Shown: piece after piece, positions 18,843 through 28,507 of the stretch
Position numbering within the stretch: position 1 is the stretch's first letter
Layout of the letters: each line of letters begins with the position of its first letter
NCBI GenBank assembly: GCA_945897755.1
Contig: CAMDGH010000002.1
Span: forward strand, 1,767-65,766
Direction: 5' to 3'
From: Chryseobacterium gleum
GTDB taxonomy: Bacteria; Bacteroidota; Bacteroidia; Flavobacteriales_D; Crocinitomicaceae
Length of the DNA: 64,000 nt
The notes under the pieces: model-generated
The model's input: only the letters and a program-made list of their open reading frames with translations
Told to the model about the DNA's origin: nothing
Databases searched by the model: none
Position numbers and translations under genes: made by a program

Positions 18843-19988
18843 TTATTTCCATACTTCACAACTTATTGCTTTATGGTCTGAAAACACATTTTTTTGAATA
18901 TTAAAATTAGCGGAATGAAGATTCGGCGAATGAAAGATATAATCAATTCGTCCAGCAGGGATTTTTCCGGCATATGTAACTCCAATTCCACTCTTTGAGT
19001 TTCGGAATGCATCTGTGTAAAGAGCATTAAATTGATTATAGACATAAGACATTGGTGTATCGTTAAAATCACCACAAATAATAATTGGATATGGGCTATC
19101 ATTCATGTGTTCAATAACTTTTAATGCTTGGCCCGTTCTTTTCGGGTATGCTATGCTTAATTTTTTAACTAAGAGATTAAGTGTCGATTTTTGTTCTGTC
19201 ATTTTTCCTTCAGTAGCTATCAAGTTACTGTAATCATCTTTGTTTAATTTGATCGATTGTAAGTGTACATTGAATACCCTAAAGGTGTCTTTACCCTTAA
19301 CGATATCGCCAAAAATACAATAATTATTATCTGTGTTTTTGGGGTCTGTAAAAGTGATTTCACCTCTCGAAATCATAGGGTATTTAGAAAGCATCGCAAT
19401 ACCAAAATTTTGCCTACCGCTTAATTTATGGCTATATCTTTCTTGACAATAAGGCGTGTTTAATATTGTCTTTAGCGTATCTCTAGTAGAAAAACGGGTA
19501 GGTTTATCTTGCTGATAAAATTCTTGGAAACAGATCACATCCGCATTTTCGTGTTGGAGAAACGAAAAAATTGAATCCCTGTTTTTCAACGCTTCTTGTT
19601 CATCCCATGTGTACAAACCAAATAATCGAACGTTGTAACTAATAATTTTAAGTGATGATGACTGATCTTGTTTCGTTTCTAAACCAATAGGAAGTGATAA
19701 TGTTCTAAAGTGAATTTTTCCGCCTATTACTAATGCAAAAAGAACAATAAAAAACATTCTAGATTTTGCCATAGCCCAAGCGATTAAAAGCAATAATGAG
19801 CATAAAGCGATAATTGGATATGCCAGACCAAAAAATGGGAGAATCCAAAAATCAGCGGGATGGATGTAACTTGCTAAGTAAGAAATGATTAAGCTAATAA
19901 GAAAAAAAAAAGTAATTATTTTTGCTATTAGTTTCATTATTCTTATTTTGTTACTGCTCAGGTAGTGATTAACAAATTTAACAAACAA
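18843..19988 (-). CDS. membrane-anchored endonuclease/exonuclease/phosphatase (EEP) family protein
   Basis: 381 aa. N-terminal TM helices, then EEP motifs (SYNVRLF, DVICFQEF, NVHLQS, GDFNDTP, SDHKAI). The start may be the Met at 19937. Confidence 0.8.
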   Translation of the reverse strand: MFVKFVNHYLSSNKIRIMKLIAKIITFFFLISLIISYLASYIHPADFWILPFFGLAYPIIALCSLLLLIAWAMAKSRMFFIVLFALVIGGKIHFRTLSLPIGLETKQDQSSSLKIISYNVRLFGLYTWDEQEALKNRDSIFSFLQHENADVICFQEFYQQDKPTRFSTRDTLKTILNTPYCQERYSHKLSGRQNFGIAMLSKYPMISRGEITFTDPKNTDNNYCIFGDIVKGKDTFRVFNVHLQSIKLNKDDYSNLIATEGKMTEQKSTLNLLVKKLSIAYPKRTGQALKVIEHMNDSPYPIIICGDFNDTPMSYVYNQFNALYTDAFRNSKSGIGVTYAGKIPAGRIDYIFHSPNLHSANFNIQKNVFSDHKAISCEVWK

Positions 19989-20445
19989 TTCGTCACTTAC
20001 AAATAGTTTTAAATTTCAGTTTCGGATATTAAAACACGAATCGATTTTCCTTATCGAAGAATCAATAACCATACCGAGTAAAGAAACCGAAGTGTTACTA
20101 GCTTTAATTCCCCTCTTACAATAAAATTCCCCGATAAGTCGAGCTGTATGATATTTTTAAATATGAATCGGGTAAAATAGCACCATGGAGTGAGTACTAA
20201 AGCAAGAACTACGCAGTCTAAGAACATGATAAAAGGCATCCATAACTCGGGTTAAGTTGCTTTATTTTAAAAAAAAAGAAGGAATGAATTTTTCTTTAAA
20301 TACAATAGGAGGTATTTTGTCGAAAAAGTATTTGACAACTAATAATTGCTGCGGTTTCATGTGTAGGGTATTAATTACTGATAAAGTTGGCGATAAGTAT
20401 TAAAATTTAATATAAAAAAGGAAGTTATAATAAAAATATAAATTC

Positions 20446-20453
20446 TACTTTTG
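20446..20453 (+). promoter_or_regulatory. candidate -7 promoter box (TAnnTTTG) for prs
   Basis: TACTTTTG lies 22 nt upstream of the prs ATG (20475). Confidence 0.4.
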
Positions 20454-20474
20454 TAGACATTTATATGTAATTAT

Positions 20475-21413
20475 ATGCCAAACGGAATAAAAATAGTTGC
20501 AGGAAGAGCATCTAAAGAACTAGCAGAAAAAATCGCTCGTTTATATGGAATTGAATTAGGAAAAGTAAATGTTGTTGATTTTAGTGACGGGGAATTTCAA
20601 CCTTCTTTTGAAGAAACTGTTAGAGGTCAAGATGTATTTATCGTTCAATCGACAATGTCTCCCAGTGATAATTTATTTGAATTATTACTCCTTATTGATG
20701 CCGCTAAAAGAGCCTCTGCTAGAAAAATAATTGCTGTAATGCCTTATTTCGGTTTTGCAAGACAAGACCGTAAAGACAAGCCCCGAGTTGCAATTGGTGC
20801 TAAATTAGTTGCGAATATGCTTATGGCTGCAGGTGTAAGTAGAATCATCACAATGGATCTTCATGCAGATCAAATTCAAGGTTTTTTTGAAGTGCCTGTT
20901 GATCATCTATATGCATCTATCATTTTCTTGCCAATATTGAAATCCTTAAATAAAGAGGGTAATTTAATCATGGCAGCACCTGACGCGGGTGGAGCAAAAC
21001 GAGCAAACTCTTATGCAAAAGAGTTAAATACAGGCTTGGCACTTTGTCACAAACAGCGAAAAAAACCGAATGAAATTGCTGAAATGACCGTAATTGGAGA
21101 TGTAGAGGGTAAAGACGTTGTAATTGTTGATGATATGTGTGACACTGCAGGAACATTAACTGCAGCTGCGAATTTATTTATGGCTAAAGGTGCTAAAAGT
21201 GTGCGCGCATTTTGTACTCACGCAATACTTTCTGGCCCTGCCTTAGAAAGAATTGAAAACTCAAGAATAACTGAACTTTACGTAACAGACACGATTCCTT
21301 TAAAGCAAAAATCTAAAAAAATAAAAGTGCTTTCAGTTGATTCTTTATTTGCAGATGTGATAAAAAGTTTGATGGAAAATAAATCTATCAGTAATTATTT
21401 CGTAATTTCGTAA
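20475..21413 (+). CDS. prs: ribose-phosphate pyrophosphokinase
   Basis: 312 aa with FSDGE, YFGFARQDRK, TMDLHADQIQGFF and VIVDDMCDTAGT PRPP-binding motifs. Confidence 0.97.
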   Translation: MPNGIKIVAGRASKELAEKIARLYGIELGKVNVVDFSDGEFQPSFEETVRGQDVFIVQSTMSPSDNLFELLLLIDAAKRASARKIIAVMPYFGFARQDRKDKPRVAIGAKLVANMLMAAGVSRIITMDLHADQIQGFFEVPVDHLYASIIFLPILKSLNKEGNLIMAAPDAGGAKRANSYAKELNTGLALCHKQRKKPNEIAEMTVIGDVEGKDVVIVDDMCDTAGTLTAAANLFMAKGAKSVRAFCTHAILSGPALERIENSRITELYVTDTIPLKQKSKKIKVLSVDSLFADVIKSLMENKSISNYFVIS

Positions 21414-21435
21414 TCTTAAACAAAAATAACTAAAA

Positions 21436-22023
21436 ATGAAAGTATCAAAATTGAGCGGTTTGCTAAGAGCAAACGTAGGGAAAAAAGATGCTAGCGCATT
21501 AAGAAAAGAAGAAAGAGTTCCTTGTGTACTTTACGGTCAAGGAGAACAATTTCACTTTTCAGTTCGAAAAATTGAAGTTGAAAAATTAGTTTTCACACCT
21601 GAAGTTTATCAAATTGAGCTAGATATTGAAGGTAAAACAGCATCTGCTATCATTCAAGATTTACAACAAGATAATATTACAGGAGCTGTTAAACACGTTG
21701 ACTTTTTAGAATTGAGTCCATCAAAACCAGTAAAAGTTGCGTTACCTGTTCGATTGAAAGGTGCATCTCGTGGTGTTTTAGCAGGTGGTAAATTATTACA
21801 AGTATTCCGAAGACTTACTGTTGTTGCTTTACCTTCGGATCTTCCAGAGGCAATTACAATAGACATTTCAAAATTAAGAATTGGTCAATCAATTCGTGTA
21901 GGACAAATAGATAGCAATGGTCTAAAATTCCTAGAGGCTGAAAACGCAGTTGTAGTATCTGTTAAGATGGCTAGAGGTGCTGCTAAGGGCTCTGATGATG
22001 ACGATGACGATGACAATGAATAA
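21436..22023 (+). CDS. rplY: 50S ribosomal protein L25 / general stress protein Ctc, with poly-Asp C-terminal tail
   Basis: 195 aa with the GKKDASALRKEERVPCVLYG N-terminus typical of L25/Ctc. Located directly downstream of prs. Ends in GSDDDDDDDNE. Confidence 0.9.
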   Translation: MKVSKLSGLLRANVGKKDASALRKEERVPCVLYGQGEQFHFSVRKIEVEKLVFTPEVYQIELDIEGKTASAIIQDLQQDNITGAVKHVDFLELSPSKPVKVALPVRLKGASRGVLAGGKLLQVFRRLTVVALPSDLPEAITIDISKLRIGQSIRVGQIDSNGLKFLEAENAVVVSVKMARGAAKGSDDDDDDDNE

Positions 22024-22039
22024 ATAATAACCTTACTTA

Positions 22040-22071
22040 AAAAAAAGCCTGAATTCATTCAGGCTTTTTTT
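22040..22071 (+). terminator. rho-independent terminator after rplY
   Basis: AGCCTGAA-TTCA-TTCAGGCT hairpin flanked by an A-run and a T-run. Confidence 0.75.
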
Positions 22072-22106
22072 ATACAACTTTACTAAAAAAAGATGAAAAA
22101 TTTTAG

Positions 22107-22114
22107 TAGTTTTG
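22107..22114 (+). promoter_or_regulatory. candidate -7 promoter box (TAnnTTTG) for queA
   Basis: TAGTTTTG lies 48 nt upstream of the queA ATG. Confidence 0.3.
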
Positions 22115-22161
22115 AAGTTTTTTAGTTTTTCTTACACACTACACAAAAAATACCGCGAATC

Positions 22162-23220
22162 ATGAGTAAAATGAAGTTATCCGAATTCAGTTTTGATATT
22201 AAGGAAGAAAAAATTGCATTGTACCCTACCGAAAATAGAGACGAAGCTAAATTGATGGTTATTAACCGAAAAGAAAAAAAAATAGAACACAAATTATTCA
22301 AAGACATTATTCATTACTTTAATGATGGTGACGTAATGATCATGAATAACTCACGCGTATTTCCTGCTAGAATGTATGGAAATAAGGAAAAAACTGGTGC
22401 TAAAATAGAAGTTTTTTTGCTTCGTGAATTGAACAGAGAAAGTTTACTTTGGGATGTATTAGTAGATCCAGCTCGAAAAATCAGAATTGGAAATAAACTG
22501 TATTTTGGTGAGGATGATTCTTTGGTTGCTGAAGTAATAGACAATACCACTTCTAGAGGGCGTACTCTTCGATTTCTTTTTGAAGGAAGCTATGAGGAAT
22601 TTAAAGAGAAAATTACTGAATTAGGAGAAACACCATTGCCAAAATACATAAAGCGAGATGTTGAACCTCAAGACGAAGATCGATACCAAACCATTTATGC
22701 AAAAGTTGAAGGAGCTGTAGCGGCACCTACAGCAGGCCTTCATTTCTCAAGAGAATTAATGAAACGATTGGAAATTAAAGGCATTAATTTTGCAGAATTA
22801 ACTCTTCATGTAGGTTTAGGTTCGTTTAGAACAGTGGAAGTGGAAGACCTTACTAAACATAAAATGGATTCTGAGCAAGTTATAATTCCAGAAAAATGTG
22901 CTGATATTGTTAATACGGGCAAAAAAACAAAAAAACGAATTTGTTCTGTAGGAACAACAACGATGAGAGCTATAGAAACATCAGTTTCTACCGATGGATA
23001 TTTAAAACCATATGATGGATGGACAAATAAGTTTATTTATCCTCCTTACGATTTTAGTATCGCAGATAGCTTAATTACAAACTTTCATACCCCATTGTCA
23101 ACTTTATTAATGATGATATCTGCATTTTGTGGACATGACCTTATGACTGAGGCATATCAAATAGCATTAAAAGAGAATTATCGTTTTTACTCATATGGAG
23201 ACGCAATGTTAATCATCTAA
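22162..23220 (+). CDS. queA: S-adenosylmethionine:tRNA ribosyltransferase-isomerase
   Basis: 352 aa with [20 protein letters not shown]...[12 protein letters not shown] and [10 protein letters not shown] motifs. Confidence 0.95.
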   Translation: MSKMKLSEFSFDIKEEKIALYPTENRDEAKLMVINRKEKKIEHKLFKDIIHYFNDGDVMIMNNSRVFPARMYGNKEKTGAKIEVFLLRELNRESLLWDVLVDPARKIRIGNKLYFGEDDSLVAEVIDNTTSRGRTLRFLFEGSYEEFKEKITELGETPLPKYIKRDVEPQDEDRYQTIYAKVEGAVAAPTAGLHFSRELMKRLEIKGINFAELTLHVGLGSFRTVEVEDLTKHKMDSEQVIIPEKCADIVNTGKKTKKRICSVGTTTMRAIETSVSTDGYLKPYDGWTNKFIYPPYDFSIADSLITNFHTPLSTLLMMISAFCGHDLMTEAYQIALKENYRFYSYGDAMLII

Positions 23221-23240
23221 AATAAGAATACCCTAAGTAT

Positions 23241-23271
23241 AAAAAAAGCCCTTTTTAAAGGGCTTTTTTTT
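23241..23271. terminator. bidirectional rho-independent terminator between convergent queA and ompA-family genes
   Basis: AGCCCTTT..AAAGGGCT hairpin flanked by A7 upstream and T8 downstream. Confidence 0.75.
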
Positions 23272-23298
23272 GTTTAACTTAAAAACGAAATCAGATAA

Positions 23299-24285
23299 CT
23301 ATTTACTGATTAATTCAAATAAGGGATTTAAATTTGGTGAAATAATAATTTCAATCCTTCTATTTTTCCCTTTATCTAATTCATCTACAGGATGATATTC
23401 AGAACGTCCAGCAGCCATTAAAATAGTTGGTGATACATTCGGATTAGTTAACATAATTTCCACAACTGAAGTAGCACGTAATACAGAAAGTTCCCAGTTA
23501 TTTTTTGGATGTCCAGTCTTAAGCATTTTATCGTTATCCGTGTGTCCTTCTACTATAATCTCTAATTCTTTTTCATTTTCTAGTACTTTAGTTAGATCTA
23601 TTAGTGCTTTTTGACCCTCTGGCTCTACAGCAGTACTAGCAGTCTTAAATAAAAGTTTAGCGTCTAAGCTAACATAGATTTTTCCGTTTTTTTCCTGAAC
23701 GGTTAAACCTTTATTTTTATATCCCAATAAGGCATCATAAACCTTCTTTTTCAATTGTTTTACAGCTTCATCTTTTCGCTGCATCATTTCTTCTAATTCA
23801 GAAACTCGTTTTTCTCTATCGACTAACAATAATTGTTTGCGTTTTAATTCATCTTCTAATTCTTTTAAAACCTCTTGTTTACGTTGTAATTCTATACTTT
23901 TAGCATCCATGTCCGCCTGCATTGAGCCTGCACTTTTAGCAACAATTGAACGATCTTGTTCGATTAGTTTTTCATACATAATGTTTTGTTCAACCATTTT
24001 TTGATATTGTCGTTTAAGAGACCTAAAATTTTCTCCAATCTCAGAGGTATCAGCTATTAACTTAAAAATTTCTTTTTGTGTTTTCGTATATGCAACCTCT
24101 AATTCATTCGTTTTAGATTCAAAATCGATTGATTTATCTTTTATCAAAGCCAATTCTTCATCGCAACTTTTAGCTTTATCCAATAAATCATTGTACTTTT
24201 TTAGTGGCACACAAGCACCAAAAATAAAAGTTAAGAGGATTAAAACAACAAACGAACTATTTTTCATAGGATTTTTTTTAAACAA
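23299..24285 (-). CDS. OmpA/MotB-family lipoprotein with long coiled-coil region
   Basis: 328 aa. Lipoprotein signal (LLTFIFGAC), heptad-rich E/K/Q region, and a C-terminal OmpA-like domain (GHTDN...NWELSVLRATSV...GRSEYHPV...NRRIEIII). Confidence 0.85.
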   Translation of the reverse strand: MFKKNPMKNSSFVVLILLTFIFGACVPLKKYNDLLDKAKSCDEELALIKDKSIDFESKTNELEVAYTKTQKEIFKLIADTSEIGENFRSLKRQYQKMVEQNIMYEKLIEQDRSIVAKSAGSMQADMDAKSIELQRKQEVLKELEDELKRKQLLLVDREKRVSELEEMMQRKDEAVKQLKKKVYDALLGYKNKGLTVQEKNGKIYVSLDAKLLFKTASTAVEPEGQKALIDLTKVLENEKELEIIVEGHTDNDKMLKTGHPKNNWELSVLRATSVVEIMLTNPNVSPTILMAAGRSEYHPVDELDKGKNRRIEIIISPNLNPLFELISK

Positions 24286-24371
24286 GTAAATTTCGTTATA
24301 AGAATGAAGATTAGACCAAGTACGCTAAATAGTTTTTAACATTTAGCTATTAATAGAATCCCTGTAGTTTG

Positions 24372-25295
24372 TTAAAATAGAGGACAGGAAAGTTTCTCCG
24401 GTTTTTCATCTTCTTCAAAAGACTTAAAAGAAAAGGTTAACTCGTGTGAAAATAAAGCCTTATTATGTAATTCAGAGATCACGTAATCAACCGAATAACC
24501 AATTGATACAGCTTTATTAATGTTTATTTGAAAAAATCCAATAAAAGCATCTTTATTTCGATACCCCGCTCCGATTTTAATTTTAGATGAAAAATCGAGA
24601 AACAAATTAACATTGGTCGTAAAGGATGAATTGACAGAACGCATAATACATATTGCAGGAAGTAAGGTTACTGAAGGTAAAACCATTATTTTTCCTCCTG
24701 ATGTAAGGAAGCTAGATAAACTATAATTTGAGGAAGTCCCAACATGATTCCATTTTGCCCCTGAAATTTGATCTAAACTAAGGCCTATATAAAACGATTT
24801 AGTATTCCAAAGAGAACCAAGCATAAATGTTGGGGTATATTGCGTGCTATTTTTAGCAATACTAGGATCTGGAATAAGAGGGTGTAAGGTGCTATTTTCA
24901 AAAATGAATTGTTTTAATCCTAGCGATAAACCCATTGAAAAACGATTATCTTGCGTAACATTCTTATGAAACGCATAAGAAAAATTAAGTTGATTATTGG
25001 TAAATGGGCCTAGATGATCATTTTCTATTCGAATACTCATTCCATGTCGCGCAGAATAGATCTCAGTGCGTTTAGCTGGAATTTGGAAATCAGCTAAAAG
25101 TAATGAAGAAGTTGGTGCTTGAGCTATTCCGAGCCATTGCATTCGTGAGAAAAGTTTCAATTCGGGATACTTCTTGATGCCAGAATAAGCAGGATTATAA
25201 ATTCCAGGGGCAAAAGACCATTGAGAATATTGAGCTACTTGCTGAGTTAACCCAAACGAAGAATATAGAAAAAGGAGATAAAAATAGTACCTCAT
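24372..25295 (-). CDS. PorP/SprF family type IX secretion system membrane protein
   Basis: 307 aa with the N-terminal signature QVAQYSQWSFAPGIYNPAYSG and beta-barrel-like alternating pattern. 4-nt overlap with the upstream type-B cargo gene. Confidence 0.85.
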   Translation of the reverse strand: MRYYFYLLFLYSSFGLTQQVAQYSQWSFAPGIYNPAYSGIKKYPELKLFSRMQWLGIAQAPTSSLLLADFQIPAKRTEIYSARHGMSIRIENDHLGPFTNNQLNFSYAFHKNVTQDNRFSMGLSLGLKQFIFENSTLHPLIPDPSIAKNSTQYTPTFMLGSLWNTKSFYIGLSLDQISGAKWNHVGTSSNYSLSSFLTSGGKIMVLPSVTLLPAICIMRSVNSSFTTNVNLFLDFSSKIKIGAGYRNKDAFIGFFQININKAVSIGYSVDYVISELHNKALFSHELTFSFKSFEEDEKPEKLSCPLF

Positions 25296-26575
25296 CTTAT
25301 GACTGTTAATACTCCAGTAATTGGAGAATCAATAAAAGGGTCTCTTAAATCGATGTGGTAATAATATGAACCTTCGTCAACTGGTATCCCATTTCGAAGT
25401 CCATTCCAAGACTTTAAATAGGAATATCCGTTCATTTCAAAAACAATATTTCCCCATCGATTGTAAATAAGCACATTATTGTTTGGAAAATCAACAAGAA
25501 ATGGAATATCCCAAACATCATTAATGCCATCATTATTAGGTGAAAACGTATTCGGCGGGATTGGATTCTTCGGTTTAACGAAAACGGTTACCTCATCAGA
25601 AAATGAGCAATCGTATTGCTTACCCGTCAAAAAATAACGTGTAGATTGCATGGGAGAAACGGATGTAATCAATTCGTTTTTAGAAATTAAATTAGCGGGT
25701 GTCCAATTAAATATTGAACTAGAGCACACACCTTTAAGTAGGGCTGAAGTACCTTCATTAATCAAAGTGTCAAGCCCAGCATAGACATCTATTTTAAAAA
25801 CATTAATCGGTGTTGATGATGACTCAAGTTGAACAGGACACGATGAAAAGCAAGTGTTTTTCACTTTCAAAACATCTCCTTTATTCAACTCCGAAAACTG
25901 AACATAAACTGAATCTGTTTTTGCGACTAAGACATCATTTATGAACCATTCAAACAATGAAGAATCTTTACAATTTAAAAGTTGCGCAGAAAAAATCGAT
26001 TTTGCTTTAAAACAATACATTGGTTTAATCGGATCTAGGATTAAAGAAGGAATAACCCTATCTACTGCTGAACCAGTTATAGTTACTTTCATTTCAGCTT
26101 CAGCTGGAACAGCAGATGTCCCATTTAAATCACCTGAAATCACAATGTAATAGAATTTACTTGGAGATAAGTTGGATGCTGTTAAAGTCATTGAAAGATT
26201 TCCGTCAGTAACGCAAGTTCCAACTTGAGAATACGTTGATGCGAAACAGGGGTTAGTTGCTTCTAGAATTGAGGCTTGAAGACCAGTTGATTGATTTGGC
26301 TTTGAAACATAAGCTATCGATGAAATAAGGAAGGATATATCACCTCCGATGTTATTCGTTTGAAATTTTAACCAAATAGTATTTCTAGCAGGAAAGCATA
26401 ATAGAGAAGAAAAGTCATCTTCACAACCATTACAAAGTGTTTTATTTGCATTAAAATTCCGAACAACATAAGACTGATTAGGGCATAATTCAAGTGCCGA
26501 AATACAGTTATTATATACTTCTTGCGAAAAAGTAATTTGCGAAAAACAAAAAATAAAAAAAAGGTTTTTTAACAC
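25292..26575 (-). CDS. secreted protein with T9SS type B (gliding motility-associated) C-terminal sorting domain
   Basis: 427 aa. Signal peptide, Cys-rich N-terminal domain of unknown function, and a C-terminal PNTFSPNNDGINDVWDI...IYNRWGNIVFE...WNG...GSYYYHIDL motif set. Confidence 0.85.
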   Translation of the reverse strand: MLKNLFFIFCFSQITFSQEVYNNCISALELCPNQSYVVRNFNANKTLCNGCEDDFSSLLCFPARNTIWLKFQTNNIGGDISFLISSIAYVSKPNQSTGLQASILEATNPCFASTYSQVGTCVTDGNLSMTLTASNLSPSKFYYIVISGDLNGTSAVPAEAEMKVTITGSAVDRVIPSLILDPIKPMYCFKAKSIFSAQLLNCKDSSLFEWFINDVLVAKTDSVYVQFSELNKGDVLKVKNTCFSSCPVQLESSSTPINVFKIDVYAGLDTLINEGTSALLKGVCSSSIFNWTPANLISKNELITSVSPMQSTRYFLTGKQYDCSFSDEVTVFVKPKNPIPPNTFSPNNDGINDVWDIPFLVDFPNNNVLIYNRWGNIVFEMNGYSYLKSWNGLRNGIPVDEGSYYYHIDLRDPFIDSPITGVLTVIR

Positions 26576-26586
26576 AACAAACTATA

Positions 26587-27924
26587 TTAAATGGCTACCG
26601 TTTTTTCGACAAAGGAAATCCCATATTTCTCTAATTCCTTTAATATTGGATCATATATTTCTTTAACAACGGGTAACTGAACCCCTTTTAAGTTAATCTC
26701 TTGAGATAAAATCATTTTAGCGCAAATTGCAACCGGAAGTCCAACAGTATTGCTCATAGAAGTGTAAATTTGATTTTCACCTACATTTACCATTGAAGAA
26801 GAAGTTTTAAAACGTTGACCATTTAAAAAATATTCAAACTCATGATACATAACTAACATATCCTTATCGTTTAATTTAAGTTCCCACTTTTCAGTTAATA
26901 TTTTCTCTAGTAATTGAGCTGGAGAAGCATTTGCGATACCAATTGGATGATTGTCATCAAACATTCCTAACCAGTGAAACTTATCAAAAATAACACTATC
27001 CTCTTTCGATATAAGGCGTTCAAATTTATGCTCAACCGTTTCCCCAATACAAAAAGGTAAAAAGGCATTTAAAAAATGACGAGGTGTTAACAATTCAGAT
27101 CGTTCCATTTGATATGAATCATCCGTCATCCCAAGTTGAACAAACACATTCCAAGCTTTAGCAAACCCAGGCCTACGCAGAGTTCCCCTATAAATTGTAG
27201 GAATTGAGTCTAGTCCATAAATAGGACGATACGCCAATGAATTTCTATTTGCATAGCCTTCAAAACTTCCGAAACCCTCAATCTCTATTTGTTCTAAACG
27301 CTTAAATAATTGTCCATAAGGAATATACTTATACTGATTTTCTTCAATAAATGCCGCCGCAGAACCTTGGCCAGCAATAACTACATTTCGTGGATTCCAA
27401 GTAAATTTATAATTCCATGGATTAGAATCACTTTCGGGAGCTATTAGACCACCGCAAAAAGACTTAAAACTATGGATTCTTGCCTTTGATAATTTTAAAT
27501 GATCCAATATTTTGGAGGCACTCATATGGTCAATTCCGGGATCAACTCCAATTTCATTCATGATAATAATCCCAGCGTGTCTTGCTTGACGATCTAAGGC
27601 CTTCATTTCAGGAGAGATATAAGAAGGAGTTATTAAATTTGTTTTAAGCGCAATACAGTCATTAGCTACCTCAATATGAAACCGTGCGGGTAACATACTA
27701 ATGACTAAATCAGCCATCTCTATTTCAGGTTTTCTTTGAGAAGATGACAATGCATTGAATGAAAGCGCTGTGGCATTTGGATGATTACCCAACTTTTTTC
27801 TGACCATCGTCATATCTTTATCACACACTCTCAAAAACCAATCATTCGCCTCAGCATGCTGTAAAAAATAACGAATTAAGGAAGAACTAGATAAACCGGC
27901 ACCAAGAAGAAGAATCGTTTTCAT
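26587..27924 (-). CDS. saccharopine dehydrogenase family oxidoreductase
   Basis: 445 aa. N-terminal Rossmann GAGLSSSS motif and GVDPGIDHM motif typical of saccharopine dehydrogenase (NADP+, L-glutamate-forming)-like enzymes. Confidence 0.75.
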   Translation of the reverse strand: MKTILLLGAGLSSSSLIRYFLQHAEANDWFLRVCDKDMTMVRKKLGNHPNATALSFNALSSSQRKPEIEMADLVISMLPARFHIEVANDCIALKTNLITPSYISPEMKALDRQARHAGIIIMNEIGVDPGIDHMSASKILDHLKLSKARIHSFKSFCGGLIAPESDSNPWNYKFTWNPRNVVIAGQGSAAAFIEENQYKYIPYGQLFKRLEQIEIEGFGSFEGYANRNSLAYRPIYGLDSIPTIYRGTLRRPGFAKAWNVFVQLGMTDDSYQMERSELLTPRHFLNAFLPFCIGETVEHKFERLISKEDSVIFDKFHWLGMFDDNHPIGIANASPAQLLEKILTEKWELKLNDKDMLVMYHEFEYFLNGQRFKTSSSMVNVGENQIYTSMSNTVGLPVAICAKMILSQEINLKGVQLPVVKEIYDPILKELEKYGISFVEKTVAI

Positions 27925-28060
27925 AAAAATTGTAATTAACTACTAACTAATCAATAAGCATCAAAAGAAACAAAGCTTTAAGACGGTGCTAAATTATTAA
28001 AAAAAGAAGGACTTTAAGGAACTAATTATTTATTTATCTGATTTATTCGATAAGAACTCT

Positions 28061-28504
28061 TTATCGCTTATCCAAAAAAAAGTCTTTTAATAATTGAGTA
28101 CATTCTTCTTCCATAATCCCATTAATAAGCAATGTTTTTGGGTGAAACAAGGAAGGATTAACTTTAGAAGACCCTCTTTTTTCATCGCGAGACGCATATA
28201 CAATCTTATCTATTTGAGCCCAATATAGTGCTCCTGCGCACATACAGCAAGGTTCAAGTGTAACATATAAGGTACAACCATGTAAATACTTAGAGCCAAG
28301 CGCAATGGCAGCCGCAGTAATAGCAAGTATTTCAGCATGGGCAGTAACATCAGTAAGTTGTTCTGTTAAATTATGAGCACGAGCAATAATTTTATTATGT
28401 GCAACAACAACTGCACCCACAGGAACTTCGCCCAATTCATACGCTTGTTTTGCTTCGTGAAACGCTTGTTTCATAAAGTATGCATCATCAAACGGATTTA
28501 TCAT
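28061..28504 (-). CDS. tadA: tRNA adenosine(34) deaminase
   Basis: 147 aa with HAEILAI and TLEPCCMCAGA zinc-binding deaminase motifs. Confidence 0.92.
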   Translation of the reverse strand: MINPFDDAYFMKQAFHEAKQAYELGEVPVGAVVVAHNKIIARAHNLTEQLTDVTAHAEILAITAAAIALGSKYLHGCTLYVTLEPCCMCAGALYWAQIDKIVYASRDEKRGSSKVNPSLFHPKTLLINGIMEEECTQLLKDFFLDKR

Positions 28505-28507
28505 AAA

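Noticed and set aside
20051-20239. 62-aa hydrophobic ORF in the 486-bp gap between the EEP-family gene and prs
   Set aside because: Short, with no recognisable motif or promoter box. It could be a real small membrane protein or a gene remnant, but the sequence alone does not support a call.
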